From an uncultured Candidatus Saccharibacteria bacterium (GTDB lineage: Bacteria > Patescibacteriota > Minisyncoccia > Phycocordibacterales > UBA9973): a stretch of 64,000 bases of DNA. Under the pieces are notes generated by a model that was not told the DNA's origin, ran no database searches, and saw nothing but the letters and a program-made list of their open reading frames with translations. Made by a program: the position numbers and the translations under genes. The stretch covers positions 821 to 64,820 of the forward strand of contig CAYREQ010000003.1 in the NCBI GenBank assembly GCA_964423445.1, given 5' to 3'. Of this stretch, positions 17,633-26,634 are shown piece after piece. Position 1 is the stretch's first letter. Every line of letters starts with the position of its first letter.

Positions 17633-19576
17633 ATGAAAAAAACAAGATTACCCTTCAGTTCTTTGAGTATTGAAGAAGATAAAAAACCAAAAACACATGC
17701 TCACACAAATGAAAATCATTTAGGAACAGGAGAGCACAAGCATCCTGCACACTCAAGTGCACAAAAAACTAAATCAAAAGAAAAGAGTAGATCATCTAAG
17801 AGCTCTACTTATCAATACTCCAAAGGTGGACGTGGTGGAGGCCGTCAACCTCAAAGTCAGCACAAAAAACCAATTGAAGGAAAAATCCCACCACCAGTAG
17901 ATGGAAACATCCGAGTCATACCACTCGGTGGAGTAGAAGAAGTAGGAAGAAATATGATATTGATTGAATCCGAAAACGATATCATCGTACTCGATGTAGG
18001 ATTTCACTTTATAGATGAAGAAGAAGCTATGGGTGCAGATTTTACTCTGCCAAACTTTAAATATTTAGAAGAAAGAAAAGAAAAAATTCGTGCTGTGGCT
18101 ATCACTCACGGACACTTGGACCACATAGGTGGTATACCTTTTATCATGGACCGTATTGGCAACCCACCAATATATGCCCAGAACCTGACAATTCTAATGA
18201 TAAAAAAGAGACAAGAAGAATTTGTCGGCAAACCACCACTCACATTACACGTAGTGGATGAAAGTACAAAAATAAAATTCAACGAGCTTTCTCTCGGCTT
18301 CTTCCCTGTATATCACTCTATCCCTGATTCAATGGGAGTAAAAGTAGGTACACCATATGGAAATATCATAGTCTCTGGAGATATGAAATTAGAGCATGAC
18401 GGTGGTAAGCCAACTCCAAAAGAAGAAAAAAAGTGGACAGGTCTCGGAAAAGAAAATACTTTGATGCTTGTGGCTGACTCTACAAATGCCGAAGTCCCTG
18501 GATATTCAATATCTGAAAAAGAAGTTCAAAAAAATATTGAAGAAATAATCAGGACTACAGATGGCAGACTAATCATCGGAACTTTTGCTTCTCAGTTTGA
18601 CCGTATGATAAAAATTGTTGAGATTTGTGAAAAATATAACAAAAAAATAGTCGTCGAAGGACGAAGTATGAAAAACAATGTAGACATAGCAAAATTGGCA
18701 GAATTAATGAAGCCAAAATCTGACACATTTATCCAAGCCCAAGATATAGACAATTATCCACCAAACCGCATCGTAGTCATAGCTACAGGTGCACAAGGAG
18801 AAGAATTCGCAGCACTTATGCGAATGGCTACAAACAAACACAAATATATCCGACTAAATGCCAAAGACACTGTGATGTTTTCTTCATCTGTAATTCCAGG
18901 AAACGAAGTCAACATTCAAAAATTGAAAGATCATCTATATAGACATGATTTGAAATTAATCCATTATGGTATAGCAGAAATTCACTCTGGCGGACACGCT
19001 AGACAAGAAGACCTAGTCTGGATAAACAAGGCTGTAAATCCAAAATTCTTTATGCCTGGGTATGGAAACCACTCAATGCTGCGAATACATGCTCAGATAA
19101 TTCATGATAGAAACAATTTTCCAAAAGAAAATATAGTAGTACCAGACAATGGAACTATAGTAGAAATAGTAGATAAAGGAAACAAAATCACAGTACGAAA
19201 AGAAAAAGCACCAGCAAGTATGATGGTAGTGGATGGACTGTCTATTGGAAATGTCCAAGAAGTGGTGATGCGCGACCGCTCGATGCTGGCCCAAGATGGT
19301 ATGTTTGTCATCATTGCCCTACTTGATCAAAAAACTGGAAAATTGAAAAAATCTCCAGACCTTATATCTCGTGGATTCGTATATCTAAAAGAAAATCAGG
19401 AGCTTTTGCGTTCTGTCCGAATTGTCATCAAGAAATTAGTAGAAAATTCTACTTCTCGAACTACTCCAGCAAATTTTGACTTACTCAAAGCAGAATTGGG
19501 AGAAAATGTCTCAAAATTCTTATACCAAAAAACAGAAAAAAGACCATTGGTTATCCCTGTGATATTAAGCGTATAA
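17633..19576 (+). CDS. rnj: Ribonuclease J
   Basis: PLGGVEEVGRNM, THGHLDHIGG, HSIPD, DSTNA, TGAQGE, HSGGHA; disordered N-terminal extension. Confidence 0.95.
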   Translation: MKKTRLPFSSLSIEEDKKPKTHAHTNENHLGTGEHKHPAHSSAQKTKSKEKSRSSKSSTYQYSKGGRGGGRQPQSQHKKPIEGKIPPPVDGNIRVIPLGGVEEVGRNMILIESENDIIVLDVGFHFIDEEEAMGADFTLPNFKYLEERKEKIRAVAITHGHLDHIGGIPFIMDRIGNPPIYAQNLTILMIKKRQEEFVGKPPLTLHVVDESTKIKFNELSLGFFPVYHSIPDSMGVKVGTPYGNIIVSGDMKLEHDGGKPTPKEEKKWTGLGKENTLMLVADSTNAEVPGYSISEKEVQKNIEEIIRTTDGRLIIGTFASQFDRMIKIVEICEKYNKKIVVEGRSMKNNVDIAKLAELMKPKSDTFIQAQDIDNYPPNRIVVIATGAQGEEFAALMRMATNKHKYIRLNAKDTVMFSSSVIPGNEVNIQKLKDHLYRHDLKLIHYGIAEIHSGGHARQEDLVWINKAVNPKFFMPGYGNHSMLRIHAQIIHDRNNFPKENIVVPDNGTIVEIVDKGNKITVRKEKAPASMMVVDGLSIGNVQEVVMRDRSMLAQDGMFVIIALLDQKTGKLKKSPDLISRGFVYLKENQELLRSVRIVIKKLVENSTSRTTPANFDLLKAELGENVSKFLYQKTEKRPLVIPVILSV

Positions 19577-19592
19577 ATAGTAAAATAAATAG

Positions 19593-20744
19593 ATGCAACA
19601 AACTAGAAAAATAATATATTTCGCCGGTTTTCTTTTTTCTCTTTCTCTGGCATTGATGATATATACAAACTCTAGCTTCCTATCTTCTTTTATGAACAAG
19701 GAGCTAGTGGGGCTGACTTTTGCTCTGGGTTCAATCTTTTCAATATTGGCCCTCATAATAGCACCAAATATATTTAGGAAAATAGGTGGACATAAATTTT
19801 TACTTCTAGTAATAGCCCTAGATGCACTATCCATACTATTGTGCACCTTAACAGATCATCCGTGGGTAGTGTCTATCGCATTTATATTTGGTTTTGCATT
19901 AAACACCTTGATAGTCTTTTCTCTGGATGAGCTTTTAAAGATATTTTCAAAAGATTCTGCCATAGGTAGTGTACGAGGTGCGTACCTAGCTATCTGCCAT
20001 ATAGCTTTTATACTGTCTCAATTGATATCTGGTACAATCTTGGAGTATTTTTCTTTTAAAGAGATTTACGGTGTAGCTTTTTTTGTAATGGTTTTATTTT
20101 TTATTTTTGCCTTTTTCGCTCTCAGGGAAACTCCTGACCCAAAATATGATGATTTGAAAGTTTTGCAATATTTGAAAAAGTTTTTCACAAATAAAAACTT
20201 ATTTCGGGCATATGGTATAAATTTTTTACTTCAATTCTTTTACTGCTGGATGGTGATATACACACCAATTTACTTATATAATTACGTACATTTTTCTTGG
20301 GAAGAAATAGGTATTATTTTTTCTGTCATGTTACTACCTTTTATCTTGGTCCCCTTCCATGTCGGCAGATATGGAGACAAGGTGGGCGAAAGACTGATGC
20401 TGATGTCTGGTTTTACCATTATTGCACTTGCTACAATTTCAATATTCTTTATAAACGATCACAAAGTCTGGCTATGGGCTTTGATATTATTTGCTACCAG
20501 AGTCGGAGCTGCCACTATCGAAGTCATGAGTGATGCTTATTTCTTTAAACATATAAAACCTGAAAATGAAGAATATGTAGGTATTTTTCGTAGCATTACA
20601 CCGTTATCCTATATAATTGGTCCTGTCGCTGCTTCAGCATTTTTCCTATTTTTACCTCAGTTTAATTTTATCTATGTAATACTAGGCACTATAATGCTAT
20701 TTGGAATTTATCTTTCTTCTACTATAGACAGAAAAGATATTTAG
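19593..20744 (+). CDS. MFS transporter
   Basis: About 12 TM segments, GRYGDKVGER motif A. Confidence 0.85.
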   Translation: MQQTRKIIYFAGFLFSLSLALMIYTNSSFLSSFMNKELVGLTFALGSIFSILALIIAPNIFRKIGGHKFLLLVIALDALSILLCTLTDHPWVVSIAFIFGFALNTLIVFSLDELLKIFSKDSAIGSVRGAYLAICHIAFILSQLISGTILEYFSFKEIYGVAFFVMVLFFIFAFFALRETPDPKYDDLKVLQYLKKFFTNKNLFRAYGINFLLQFFYCWMVIYTPIYLYNYVHFSWEEIGIIFSVMLLPFILVPFHVGRYGDKVGERLMLMSGFTIIALATISIFFINDHKVWLWALILFATRVGAATIEVMSDAYFFKHIKPENEEYVGIFRSITPLSYIIGPVAASAFFLFLPQFNFIYVILGTIMLFGIYLSSTIDRKDI

Positions 20745-21190
20745 TTTTTCTTAAGTAAACTATTTTTATAAATTTTTTCTTTATAAGGTTTTAAGCGGAC
20801 TATTTTTACCAATAGTCCACGTTCTTTCAAATCCTTCTTGAGATTTTTTACATAAGCTTTTTGATCATAACCAAGAGCAATAATATCTGGTCGCTCTTTT
20901 AGGATATGCGGTATATGATTTTCTACGCCCGAGAGTACTACCCTATCGGCTAAAATACATTCTTTGAGTAGGCCCATCCTTTCTTTTTCATTTAATTTTG
21001 GATATTGTCCTTTTATTCTAAAAACATTTTTGTCGCGAGCTATTGATACCACTAGAAAAGAATTTTTTGCTAATCTTCGGGCTTGTTTAAACAAATTTAA
21101 ATGCCCCTCATGTAGACCGTCAAAGGTGCCAAAAACCATTATTTTATGCTTTTTTTCTATATTATTCTTTTCCACAATGTGTTTTGACAT
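20741..21190 (-). CDS. Cytidylyltransferase-family protein (RibL-type FAD synthase-like)
   Basis: FGTFDGLHEGH, VSIARD, ER, PDIIALGYDQ. Confidence 0.8.
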   Translation of the reverse strand: MSKHIVEKNNIEKKHKIMVFGTFDGLHEGHLNLFKQARRLAKNSFLVVSIARDKNVFRIKGQYPKLNEKERMGLLKECILADRVVLSGVENHIPHILKERPDIIALGYDQKAYVKNLKKDLKERGLLVKIVRLKPYKEKIYKNSLLKKN

Positions 21191-21212
21191 AACTTGAAGT
21201 AAGTATATACTA

Positions 21213-21336
21213 AGTAGGTTCCTTTTAAAAATTAAAGATTTGATTGGGGAAACTGGTTAGAATCCAGTACAGTGCCGCTACGGTATGTCCCGATTTGCTA
21301 AATGGCGAATCGAGGAACAAGTCCGAATACCAATCA
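21213..21336 (+). promoter_or_regulatory. Cobalamin riboswitch aptamer
   Basis: AGGTTCC...TGATTGGGAA-AACTGGTTAGAATCCAGT-ACAGTGCCGCTACGGTA...AAGTCCGAATACCAATCA (B12-box like; TGATTGG pairs with CCAATCA); lies upstream of DUF4430 genes. Confidence 0.85.
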
Positions 21337-21389
21337 TTTTGTTATTTTATTAGTCCCGAGCAGGAAACCTTCTTTTTAAAAGAAGCTTC

Positions 21390-21414
21390 AATTCTGCACG
21401 AGCAGAATTTTTTT
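21390..21414 (+). terminator. Riboswitch expression-platform terminator
   Basis: AATTCTGC-ACGA-GCAGAATT-TTTTT just before ATG 21419; alternative partner CGAGCAG at 21357-21363. Confidence 0.75.
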
Positions 21415-21418
21415 ATTT

Positions 21419-21907
21419 ATGCCCAAAAAACAAAAAATTACAACGATACTGACTGTCATAGCAATTATATTATTTTTGGCTGGTTCTTATTCTTTCTTAT
21501 CAAAAAAAACTGTAAATAATATATCTTCAATAATAGGAGAAACAATAGAAACTGAGAAAGAAAATCCTGAAAAACTAATAAACAATGATAGTAAAAATTT
21601 AGTAACCCAAAAAACTACTCAGGCTTACCTAGAAATAGAAAATGTGCGATACACGAGTAACATCGCACAAAATACCAGTGTCTACGACTTTATGAATAAA
21701 ATGAGAGTTGAGAAAAAAATAAACTTTAAAGACAAGACTTATACTGGCATGGGTAAATTTATCTATGAGATAAATGACGTAAAAAATATCGGAAGTAAAA
21801 ATTGGATTTATTATGTAAATGGCGAAAAAGCACAGGTGGGAGTTTCAGATTATAAAATAAATCCGAGCGATGTCGTGTCTTGGAAATTTGAAGATAATAT
21901 AAATTAA
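21419..21907 (+). CDS. Membrane-anchored DUF4430 (transcobalamin beta-domain-like) protein
   Basis: TSVYDFM...GMGKFIYEIN...NWIYYVNGEKAQVGVSDYKINPSDVVSWKF; N-terminal TM. Confidence 0.85.
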   Translation: MPKKQKITTILTVIAIILFLAGSYSFLSKKTVNNISSIIGETIETEKENPEKLINNDSKNLVTQKTTQAYLEIENVRYTSNIAQNTSVYDFMNKMRVEKKINFKDKTYTGMGKFIYEINDVKNIGSKNWIYYVNGEKAQVGVSDYKINPSDVVSWKFEDNIN

Positions 21908-21922
21908 AAGTTAATTAAACAT

Positions 21923-23689
21923 ATGAAAAAAATAATAGAAATCTTTTTTGTTTTGACAATATTACTAAGTGCGACAGATTACACTTTTGCTACAGCTCCG
22001 AGTGCAACACTGACCATACGAGACAGTGGTAATATAATATTTACAGGCAATGTATCTATAGGAGAAGACAGCAACGTACTCTCCCTTTTAAATAATGCTG
22101 ATACAGAAAGCGATGATTTTGAAATTTCTAATATCCAAGAATTTTCTTTTGGGAAATATCTAAAATGTATAACTTATATAAATGGTGAGAGGTGTGATGA
22201 CTGGCAATATGTAGTAAATAATACTTCACCATTTTCTAGCATAGACCAGACTACTTTATCTGGCGGAGAAAATGTCTATGTATATTTTGGACCTCAAAAT
22301 AAAATAATTCTAGGCTCAAGTTCTATCACTACAAATGATGCAGTGACCCTGACAGCCCAAAACTATGATTATGAAAACGATACTTGGGTAGCTAGGACGA
22401 GTGGAACAGTGGGCCTCACTCAGCCAAACCCCTCAGACCCATGGAATCCGACTGAAGTATTGACAGCCCCTCTCGATGGCATAGGTCAAGCTACATTCAC
22501 CAAAGTCCCTGTCGGATCTTATAATGTCGGTATCAAAGAAGACTACTATTTCCCTACTGAGCCACTCACCGTGACAGCTTATGTACCATCAAATACCAGT
22601 GGTGGTGGAAGCAACATAGCAAATACTACAGGATTAGTCCTCGGAGCGACTACTAAAATACAATTTGATGTTGATAAAGCTTTCAAATTCTTGGCTTCAC
22701 AACAAAAAGAAAATGGTTCATGGGGAGACGAAATGTACACAGATTGGGCGAGCTTGGCATTACCAACAAGCAAACAAATGGAGCAAGTTATAAAATTAAT
22801 CAAATACCAAAGTGGCATTAAAACATCTGGTGTTTTACTGACTGATTATGAGAGGCATGCTATGGCCCTCTTGGCTCTCGGACTAAATCCATATAATACA
22901 AATGATGAAAATTACATAAAAAAAATCACAGATACTTTTGATGGAAAACAATTTGGAAGTATTGATGAAGATAATGATGACATCTTTGCACTTTTAGTCT
23001 TACAAAATGCTGGTTTTAAAAATGACGAAAAAATGATACTAGATAGTGTAGATTTTGTACTAAGTAGACAAAAAGAAAATGGTTCATGGGATGAAAGTAT
23101 AGATATGACTGGGGCAAGTATCCAAGCTCTTAAACTTTTCGATGAAAATGAAAAAGTGAAAACAGCTCTAGAAAAAGCAAAAGAATTTTTGAAGAAAAAT
23201 CAAAAGACAGATGGAGGTTTTGGAAATGTATCTTCTACTTCTTGGGCTATGGGAGGAATAGTAGCATTGAAAGAAAAAATAGAAGATTGGAAAAAAGAAG
23301 ATTTTGAAAATGAAGGTGTATTTTATAACCCTTTTGATTATCTAGCAAAAAACCAAGACATAGATGGAGGAATAAAAAATTCTATCAAAGAAGAAGAGTC
23401 TAGCTTGAAAAATAAAATCTGGGAGACAGCTTATGCTACAGTGGCAATGTCTGGTAAGACTTGGGGTGAAATAATGCAGAAATTTGAAAAACCAAAAGAT
23501 TTTACTATAGCCTCAAACTTCTCTGATAACACAGTAAAAATAGGTGCGACAGTGGCTCCTAAAAAAGTAAAACCAAAGACAGAGGCACCTGTTATACCTG
23601 TCTTAAACATTACAAATACAGAAAATACCCCTCAAATTCAGACAGAAAACAAAAATTGGTTTATGAAATTTATAAACTTTATTTTTTAA
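21923..23689 (+). CDS. Secreted DUF4430 + prenyltransferase/squalene-oxidase-repeat (alpha/alpha barrel) protein, transcobalamin-like
   Basis: Signal peptide; FGKYLKCI...WQYVVNN...L..GENVYVYF; QxxNGSW/QxxDGGF repeats; under B12 riboswitch. Confidence 0.75.
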   Translation: MKKIIEIFFVLTILLSATDYTFATAPSATLTIRDSGNIIFTGNVSIGEDSNVLSLLNNADTESDDFEISNIQEFSFGKYLKCITYINGERCDDWQYVVNNTSPFSSIDQTTLSGGENVYVYFGPQNKIILGSSSITTNDAVTLTAQNYDYENDTWVARTSGTVGLTQPNPSDPWNPTEVLTAPLDGIGQATFTKVPVGSYNVGIKEDYYFPTEPLTVTAYVPSNTSGGGSNIANTTGLVLGATTKIQFDVDKAFKFLASQQKENGSWGDEMYTDWASLALPTSKQMEQVIKLIKYQSGIKTSGVLLTDYERHAMALLALGLNPYNTNDENYIKKITDTFDGKQFGSIDEDNDDIFALLVLQNAGFKNDEKMILDSVDFVLSRQKENGSWDESIDMTGASIQALKLFDENEKVKTALEKAKEFLKKNQKTDGGFGNVSSTSWAMGGIVALKEKIEDWKKEDFENEGVFYNPFDYLAKNQDIDGGIKNSIKEEESSLKNKIWETAYATVAMSGKTWGEIMQKFEKPKDFTIASNFSDNTVKIGATVAPKKVKPKTEAPVIPVLNITNTENTPQIQTENKNWFMKFINFIF

Positions 23690-24293
23690 ACTCTACAATT
23701 TTACCAGCAGATATTTCTACTTTGTCAGCTTTGCGAAGGTGTTTGATATAAGATTTTGGGACAATATCAAAATATTTTACCTTGTCCAATGCACTGTCTA
23801 TGAGCCAGAGATCTTCACCTGATATAGCCCAATCCCCTTTTATACTATTTAAATTTAAAAACCCAGAATATTTTCGTAATGTTTTTTCTCCTGTATCTAA
23901 AAAATATTCATGAAAATAAGACATGACTAACTCACGGATATTTTTATATATAGGTTCACGATAGCGAAGCACTGCGTGATTTGTCTTTGAGAGTGCCCCC
24001 CATAGACCTCGCACTTTAAATGGAGTTACCACGTGGTCAAAATCCCCCTTCTTGGCTTTTAGACAAAGAAGATATGGTGTAAAACCATGCATAGATAAAA
24101 TATAAGCACCCAATATTGCCCCCTCCATGCAGTGAGCATTATTTTCACGGATTACACGTAATGGAGATTTTATAGTATCTACTTTATTCTTTTCAAAATT
24201 AAATGGTATAGAATTTAAAAAATCTTGCACCCGAGATGGTGTGTTTAATTTTTTAATTAGTGCCTTTTCAGCTTTTGTAAAGGCTAACATCAA
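23679..24293 (-). CDS. Conserved hypothetical protein, transglutaminase-like
   Basis: AHCMEGA, DFDHVV, WGALSKTNHAVLRYREPIY. Confidence 0.6.
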   Translation of the reverse strand: MMLAFTKAEKALIKKLNTPSRVQDFLNSIPFNFEKNKVDTIKSPLRVIRENNAHCMEGAILGAYILSMHGFTPYLLCLKAKKGDFDHVVTPFKVRGLWGALSKTNHAVLRYREPIYKNIRELVMSYFHEYFLDTGEKTLRKYSGFLNLNSIKGDWAISGEDLWLIDSALDKVKYFDIVPKSYIKHLRKADKVEISAGKIVEFKK

Positions 24294-24298
24294 TATTT

Positions 24299-24976
24299 TT
24301 AGTCTAACTTAATACTTTTTATTATTACAGGATCTACTGGTCTATCACCTGGCAAAGTTTTTACAGAAGCGATCTTGTCTACTACTTCTATCCCAGAGAC
24401 TACTTTACCGAAAATTGTGTATGCTGGAGGTAATGGATAATCTACATGCATAATAAAGAATTGACTACCGTTTGTATTTGGGCCTGAGTTTGCCATAGCT
24501 AATACACCCTTCTTGTAGCCTATCTTTGTGTATAAATCAGACTTTGGGTCTATCTCATCAGCAAACTTGTATCCTGGACCTCCTGTGCCCCACATAGATG
24601 CCTTTGATTCGTCCTTGGTAAGTGGGTCACCAGCTTGTATCATAAAATCTTTGATAACTCGGTGAAACTTGATTCCATCATAAAACTTCTCATTTGCTAG
24701 TTTTTTGAAATTCTCTACAGTCTTTGGAGCGTCTTTTTCAAAAAACTCAATTTTAATATCACCCATATTTGTACTTAGTGTAGCCATTGTCGTTTTTTTG
24801 TTTATATCTTTTGTATCTACTTCTTCAACAGGAACATTTTGTACTTGCTCCTCTGGTGTCGTCTCTACAAGAGAATTATCATTAATAATATTTTCAGTTT
24901 TATTTCCTTTTGCAAAAAACCATATTCCCAAACCAAGTATAACTAAAACAACTAAAATGCTTATGTATTTATTCAT
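24299..24976 (-). CDS. Cyclophilin-type peptidyl-prolyl isomerase, membrane anchored
   Basis: FHRVIKDFMIQAGDP, AMANSGPNTNGSQFFI, YTIFGKV. Confidence 0.95.
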   Translation of the reverse strand: MNKYISILVVLVILGLGIWFFAKGNKTENIINDNSLVETTPEEQVQNVPVEEVDTKDINKKTTMATLSTNMGDIKIEFFEKDAPKTVENFKKLANEKFYDGIKFHRVIKDFMIQAGDPLTKDESKASMWGTGGPGYKFADEIDPKSDLYTKIGYKKGVLAMANSGPNTNGSQFFIMHVDYPLPPAYTIFGKVVSGIEVVDKIASVKTLPGDRPVDPVIIKSIKLD

Positions 24977-24981
24977 ATTTT

Positions 24982-25530
24982 TTAATCTACTTTCTTGTAA
25001 AAATGTGCGACTAAAATTATCGTGATTAGAGCAAAGAATGCAGTAAGAGCTAGCATTGGTATGGATATATATCCACCAAATTCAGAAATGTATTGTTTAT
25101 AACAAGAAACTCCAGAAGCGTCGCAAGGAAGATTTGAAGCATCTACTGCAAAATAATACATGAGATTTTGATATACAGAAATAACAAAACCTACTAATAA
25201 CATAGGTAGTGTATATTTTATTATCTTCCTATCTTTAACCCAAGCAGCCATACCCGTGATAAATGCTATTGGAATAAGAAATGCTCTCTGGAACCAGCAA
25301 AGGTAGCAAGGCAAGAATCCTACTATCTCAGAATAAACGAGAGAAAAAGCTACAGCTGAAAAAGATATTACAAAGCTTAGCTCTAGGAAATGCTTATCAA
25401 TAAAATCCAAGTATGTGTTTTTCTTTGGTCCAAAGAAAAGAAGCCCAAGTGCTATCAAAGATAATATCTGCGTCAAGATAGCCCCTGCTCCTAAAAAAAG
25501 ATTTAAATAATGTACGGTTTCAAAATTCAT
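24982..25530 (-). CDS. Disulfide bond formation protein DsbB/BdbC
   Basis: PCYLCWFQR, second Cys pair, ISIP.LAL. Confidence 0.9.
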   Translation of the reverse strand: MNFETVHYLNLFLGAGAILTQILSLIALGLLFFGPKKNTYLDFIDKHFLELSFVISFSAVAFSLVYSEIVGFLPCYLCWFQRAFLIPIAFITGMAAWVKDRKIIKYTLPMLLVGFVISVYQNLMYYFAVDASNLPCDASGVSCYKQYISEFGGYISIPMLALTAFFALITIILVAHFYKKVD

Positions 25531-25540
25531 AATTTTATAA

Positions 25541-25933
25541 TTATTGTGGTAATACGCAACTAGTCTTTTCTGCTAATTGTTCGAGTGGAATTTCACCATT
25601 TAATCTCTCGCCATTTAAGAATTCCCAAGTCGGATAGCTCTTTACTCCTTTGTCTATACAGATTTGTGTCTGACCATTTCCATCTACAGTGGAACATTCT
25701 ACGTAAGGTAATAATTTTGCAGAAGAACCAAACATCTTCTTTTGAGCTTGGCAGTGTGGGCACCAGAAAGCACCATAAAATACAGCACCTTTATCTTTTA
25801 GACATGTGGCAAATTCATCATATTTGCCTGGTGTGGTAGAAGCCTGACCTCCCCCACGTATTAATACAGTAAAAATTGTGCCCAAAATTAAAACACCTAT
25901 AACTATTAAAAATATTTTTGCATTGTTGTTCAT
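25541..25933 (-). CDS. Membrane-anchored thioredoxin-fold protein
   Basis: FYGAFWCPHC..QK..FG, YVEC, YPTW. Confidence 0.85.
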   Translation of the reverse strand: MNNNAKIFLIVIGVLILGTIFTVLIRGGGQASTTPGKYDEFATCLKDKGAVFYGAFWCPHCQAQKKMFGSSAKLLPYVECSTVDGNGQTQICIDKGVKSYPTWEFLNGERLNGEIPLEQLAEKTSCVLPQ

Positions 25934-25940
25934 AATGTTG

Positions 25941-26324
25941 TTATTGTAACATATTTATAATCTTTGGTAAAAAGATGAAAAAAGCCACTATTATAGACAA
26001 TATTACAGCTATCAGTACAGCTCCAGCAGCTACATCTTTTGTATCTCTCGCATATGGATGAAATTCGGGAGAAGTGAGATTTATGTCTATTTCTAAAGCT
26101 GTATTTATAGCCTCGGTGATAAATACCATGCCTATAGCAAAAATAATAAATAGCCATTCAATTTTTGAAATACAAAGAATATAGCCGAGGTAAACAGCAA
26201 GAATACTAAAAAATATTTGTAGCCATGCATTGTGAGTGGTCTTGAATAAAATACCTAATCCTCTCCACGCATGGGTCGAGCTTTTTATGCGATCTCTAAT
26301 TGAAAATTTATTTTTAGAATTCAT
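25941..26324 (-). CDS. dgkA: Diacylglycerol/undecaprenol kinase
   Basis: EAINTALE, KDVAAGAVL. Confidence 0.88.
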   Translation of the reverse strand: MNSKNKFSIRDRIKSSTHAWRGLGILFKTTHNAWLQIFFSILAVYLGYILCISKIEWLFIIFAIGMVFITEAINTALEIDINLTSPEFHPYARDTKDVAAGAVLIAVILSIIVAFFIFLPKIINMLQ

Positions 26325-26343
26325 GTATTACAAAAAGTTTTAA

Positions 26344-26586
26344 TTACCTCCATTTTGGCTGTGAGTCATCCTCTTTGAAAACTTCTTTCTGCCACTTATA
26401 AAAAGCTTGTTCTTCTTCTGTGAGATCAGAAGTTTTTATCCCCTGACTTAATAAATTAGAAATTCTTGAAGCAAGTAATTGTCTATCACCTGCAGTATAA
26501 TCACCAATAAAATCCCACCTTTTTTCTTGTTTTGGTAATGGTTCAAAATTAAGATTATTTTGTCCTGGTTGTTCAAATTTTGGCAT
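26344..26586 (-). CDS. Small hypothetical protein
   Basis: ORF with TGtTATACT immediately upstream. Confidence 0.55.
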   Translation of the reverse strand: MPKFEQPGQNNLNFEPLPKQEKRWDFIGDYTAGDRQLLASRISNLLSQGIKTSDLTEEEQAFYKWQKEVFKEDDSQPKWR

Positions 26587-26634
26587 ATTTATAGTATAAC
26601 ACCAGAAAAAATGAAAGCTACTTTGCTGTCTATC

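Noticed and set aside
21244-21519. 91-aa ORF upstream of DUF4430 gene
   Set aside because: Runs through the cobalamin riboswitch and its terminator and overlaps the real gene out of frame
21923-23689. Squalene-hopene cyclase call from QW repeats
   Set aside because: Signal peptide, a single barrel, DUF4430 fusion and B12 riboswitch argue for a binding protein; no complete two-domain cyclase architecture
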